From NCBI GenBank assembly GCA_030679895.1, contig JAUXSN010000026.1, positions 24,661 to 88,660 on the forward strand: a stretch of 64,000 nt of DNA, written 5' to 3'. The notes under the pieces were generated by a model. That model saw only the letters and a program-made list of their open reading frames with translations. It had not been told where the DNA came from and searched no databases. The translations under genes were made by a program, and so were the position numbers. This DNA comes from Candidatus Moraniibacteriota bacterium. Its GTDB lineage: Bacteria > Patescibacteriota > Minisyncoccia > Moranbacterales > UBA11712. Below are positions 62,033 to 64,000 of this stretch, one piece after another (the first letter of the stretch is position 1; each line of letters opens with the position of its first letter).

Positions 62033-63922
62033 CTATTTTTTATTTCTCTCCTCGAAATACCATTGGTACACATCTTTGGCCACCGGCACCGCCGTCGAGT
62101 GCCCTTCTCCTCCGCCCTCGACCAAAACTGCCAATGCGATTTGCGGATTATCGTAAGGAGCGAAAGAAACAAACCAGCCGTGAGTCTTGTTCTCGGAACC
62201 GAATTGGGCTGTTCCGGTTTTTCCCGCTACCGCCACCGGAAGGTCCTTCAGCGTTTGAGCCGTCCCTGATATTATTGCTTGCCGCATACCCTCCCGCACA
62301 ACCTGGATGTTTGAAGGGGAAATAAAATCGCTGTTTAAAATTTTTGGCTTGATTTCTTCCCGGCTGCCATCCGGTTTCTGAATATATTGAACTAAATGCG
62401 GCTGGTATACGGTTCCCCCATTGGCAACGGCGGCCGTATAATTCGCGATCTGCAGCGGCGTTGCCGTATCAAATCCCTGGCCGATGGCACAATGGTAGTC
62501 GTCCCCCAAATACCATTTTTCACCGAATCTATTTTGCTTCCAGGACTGGTCAGGTATGAGACCGGACGCTTCTCCGGGAATATCAACCCCCAGAGGCTTT
62601 CCCAGTCCGAAAAAATTAGCGTATTGCTTTATTCTGTCAATTCCAAGAGCCGGAATATTATTCCATCCGCCTCCCACGGCATAGAAAAAAACGTCGCAAC
62701 TTTCGGCAATCGCTTTTCTGATATCGGTAACACCATGCGTTTTCCAGTCCGGGAATCTATAGCTGCCGATATTGATTACACCCGGACAATCCAAACTGGT
62801 ACTCGATGTGATGGTCTTTTCCTCCAGCGCTACCGCGGCAACCAAAAGCTTGAATGTCGAACCGGGCGGGTATTCTCCGCTGATGGACCGATTGAACATC
62901 GGTTTATCGCCGTCGCTTATCAATTTCTGGTAATCTTCCCGCGAAATGCCTCTGGCAAATAAATTATTATCATAACTGGGAAGATTAACAAGCGCCAGCA
63001 CCCCGCCGTCTTTAGGATTGATGGCGACAGCCGCGGCTGTTTTCGTATTGGTATTTAAAAGCATATCCCCGAGGCTGTCCTGAATCTTTTTCTGAAGATC
63101 AGCATCAATATTCAAATGCAAATCATCTCCGTTAACCGGGCTGTCAACGCCTAAATTCTTTTTGATGTTTCCGGAAGAATCGACCTCCGCCTTTTCTTTT
63201 CCATGGACTCCCCGCAAATATTTTTCATAACTGTATTCAAGGCCGATTTTGCCCACATAGTCCGTCATAAGATATCCGGGATATTTTTCCAATTCATCTT
63301 TCGCGATCTTGCCGCTGTATCCCATAATCGAAGAGAAATACTGCGCGTCTTCATAAAACCGGACAGCCGTTTGGTCCAGCTGAAAACCAGGCATCTGCGG
63401 TTTTCTTTCAGAAAATATCAAAGCTTCTTCCTCACTGATATTTTCTTTGATCAAAATCGGATTGAAAGAATCAAGATCCTGCGATTCAACAAGCGCGCTA
63501 AAGCTTTGATCATTCATTCCCAAGAGAGACGCCATTTTTCTTTCTTCCCCGATTCTTTCTGCCGCGTTCCGGGGAAGATCCGCCGGAATTGCAACCAGAT
63601 CGAAGCTGGGGACATTGCGCGTCAGTTTTTTTCCGTTTCGGTCAAAAACCAGCCCCCGCGGAGCCTTCACTGCCAAATATCGGGTGCGATTTTCCCGGGA
63701 AAGTTCCGAATAATGAGCGCCCTTTACGACCTGGAGATAAAAAACTCTGGCAGCCAATAGAAAAAATATTAAAATTACCAAAATTTTAAAAAAACCCGCT
63801 CCTTCCTTTGGAATAGGCTTGGCTAAAGACGGCGCTTCGTCGAAATCATTTGCCAAGCGCGATACCTCTTCGATTTCCGCGCTTCTTTTTTTTCTTTTTT
63901 TCAATAAGTATTTGCCAATCAT
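62033..63922 (-). CDS. mrdA: Penicillin-binding protein 2
   Basis: APRGLVFDRNG, PPGSTFK, SCD, KTGTAQ, HGWF. Confidence 0.92.
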   Translation of the reverse strand: MIGKYLLKKRKKRSAEIEEVSRLANDFDEAPSLAKPIPKEGAGFFKILVILIFFLLAARVFYLQVVKGAHYSELSRENRTRYLAVKAPRGLVFDRNGKKLTRNVPSFDLVAIPADLPRNAAERIGEERKMASLLGMNDQSFSALVESQDLDSFNPILIKENISEEEALIFSERKPQMPGFQLDQTAVRFYEDAQYFSSIMGYSGKIAKDELEKYPGYLMTDYVGKIGLEYSYEKYLRGVHGKEKAEVDSSGNIKKNLGVDSPVNGDDLHLNIDADLQKKIQDSLGDMLLNTNTKTAAAVAINPKDGGVLALVNLPSYDNNLFARGISREDYQKLISDGDKPMFNRSISGEYPPGSTFKLLVAAVALEEKTITSSTSLDCPGVINIGSYRFPDWKTHGVTDIRKAIAESCDVFFYAVGGGWNNIPALGIDRIKQYANFFGLGKPLGVDIPGEASGLIPDQSWKQNRFGEKWYLGDDYHCAIGQGFDTATPLQIANYTAAVANGGTVYQPHLVQYIQKPDGSREEIKPKILNSDFISPSNIQVVREGMRQAIISGTAQTLKDLPVAVAGKTGTAQFGSENKTHGWFVSFAPYDNPQIALAVLVEGGGEGHSTAVPVAKDVYQWYFEERNKK

Positions 63923-63946
63923 ATTTTTGCAGAGGCCCGGCAAGAA

Positions 63947-64000
63947 TCATCGCCAGACCGATAAAAATTTATTCAGCCTTGCTGCCAGATAATACATAAT
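63947..64000 (-). CDS. 3' end of an upstream gene, possibly mreD
   Basis: Open frame IMYYLAARLNKFLSVWR*; identity inferred only from its position before mrdA. Confidence 0.35.
   Translation of the reverse strand: MMYYLAARLNKFLSVWR

Noticed and set aside
1-64000. Alternative genetic code (TGA as Gly, as in Gracilibacteria/Absconditabacteria)
   Set aside because: Conserved genes are full length under code 11, and TGA ends recR, uppS, uvrA and greA at the expected positions.

Overview
This is a 64 kb chromosomal segment. Its gene content and organisation point to a reduced-genome Patescibacteria/CPR bacterium (Parcubacteria-like), which is an inference from the conserved CPR-type hypothetical genes, class I LysRS, short UvrC, split dcw cluster and VirD4-like ATPase locus. 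It uses the standard genetic code. Core content: recR (partial), rplU, an HtrA-like protein, clpB with a CIRCE operator, pcm, yjbQ, malic enzyme, trxB/trxA, uppS, a polyprenyl synthase, mraZ-rsmH-ftsL-ftsI-murF, dnaX, obgE, a DEAD-box helicase, three GT-C glycosyltransferases, guaB, tsaC, pgeF, uvrC/uvrA/uvrB, a DUF763-like gene, a VirD4/TraG-like ATPase operon, ftsQ, an aminotransferase, serS, lysS, greA, mrdA and three tRNAs (Glu, Gln, Arg). The most striking unexplained signal is a dense set of short palindromic repeat families. They lie between genes and also appear inserted in frame inside six conserved proteins (UvrA, UvrB, UvrC, DnaX, DUF763, aminotransferase). There are also heptamer-periodic inverted elements, some carrying nested GC-rich hairpins. 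Other highlights: an unannotated 40-aa metallothionein-like gene, a 53-aa acidic microprotein closing the VirD4-like operon, a triad-dead HtrA, self-contained SD-led ORFan cassettes among SD-less or leaderless core genes, and tRNA 3'-end scars. All calls come from reading the sequence; no searches were run.
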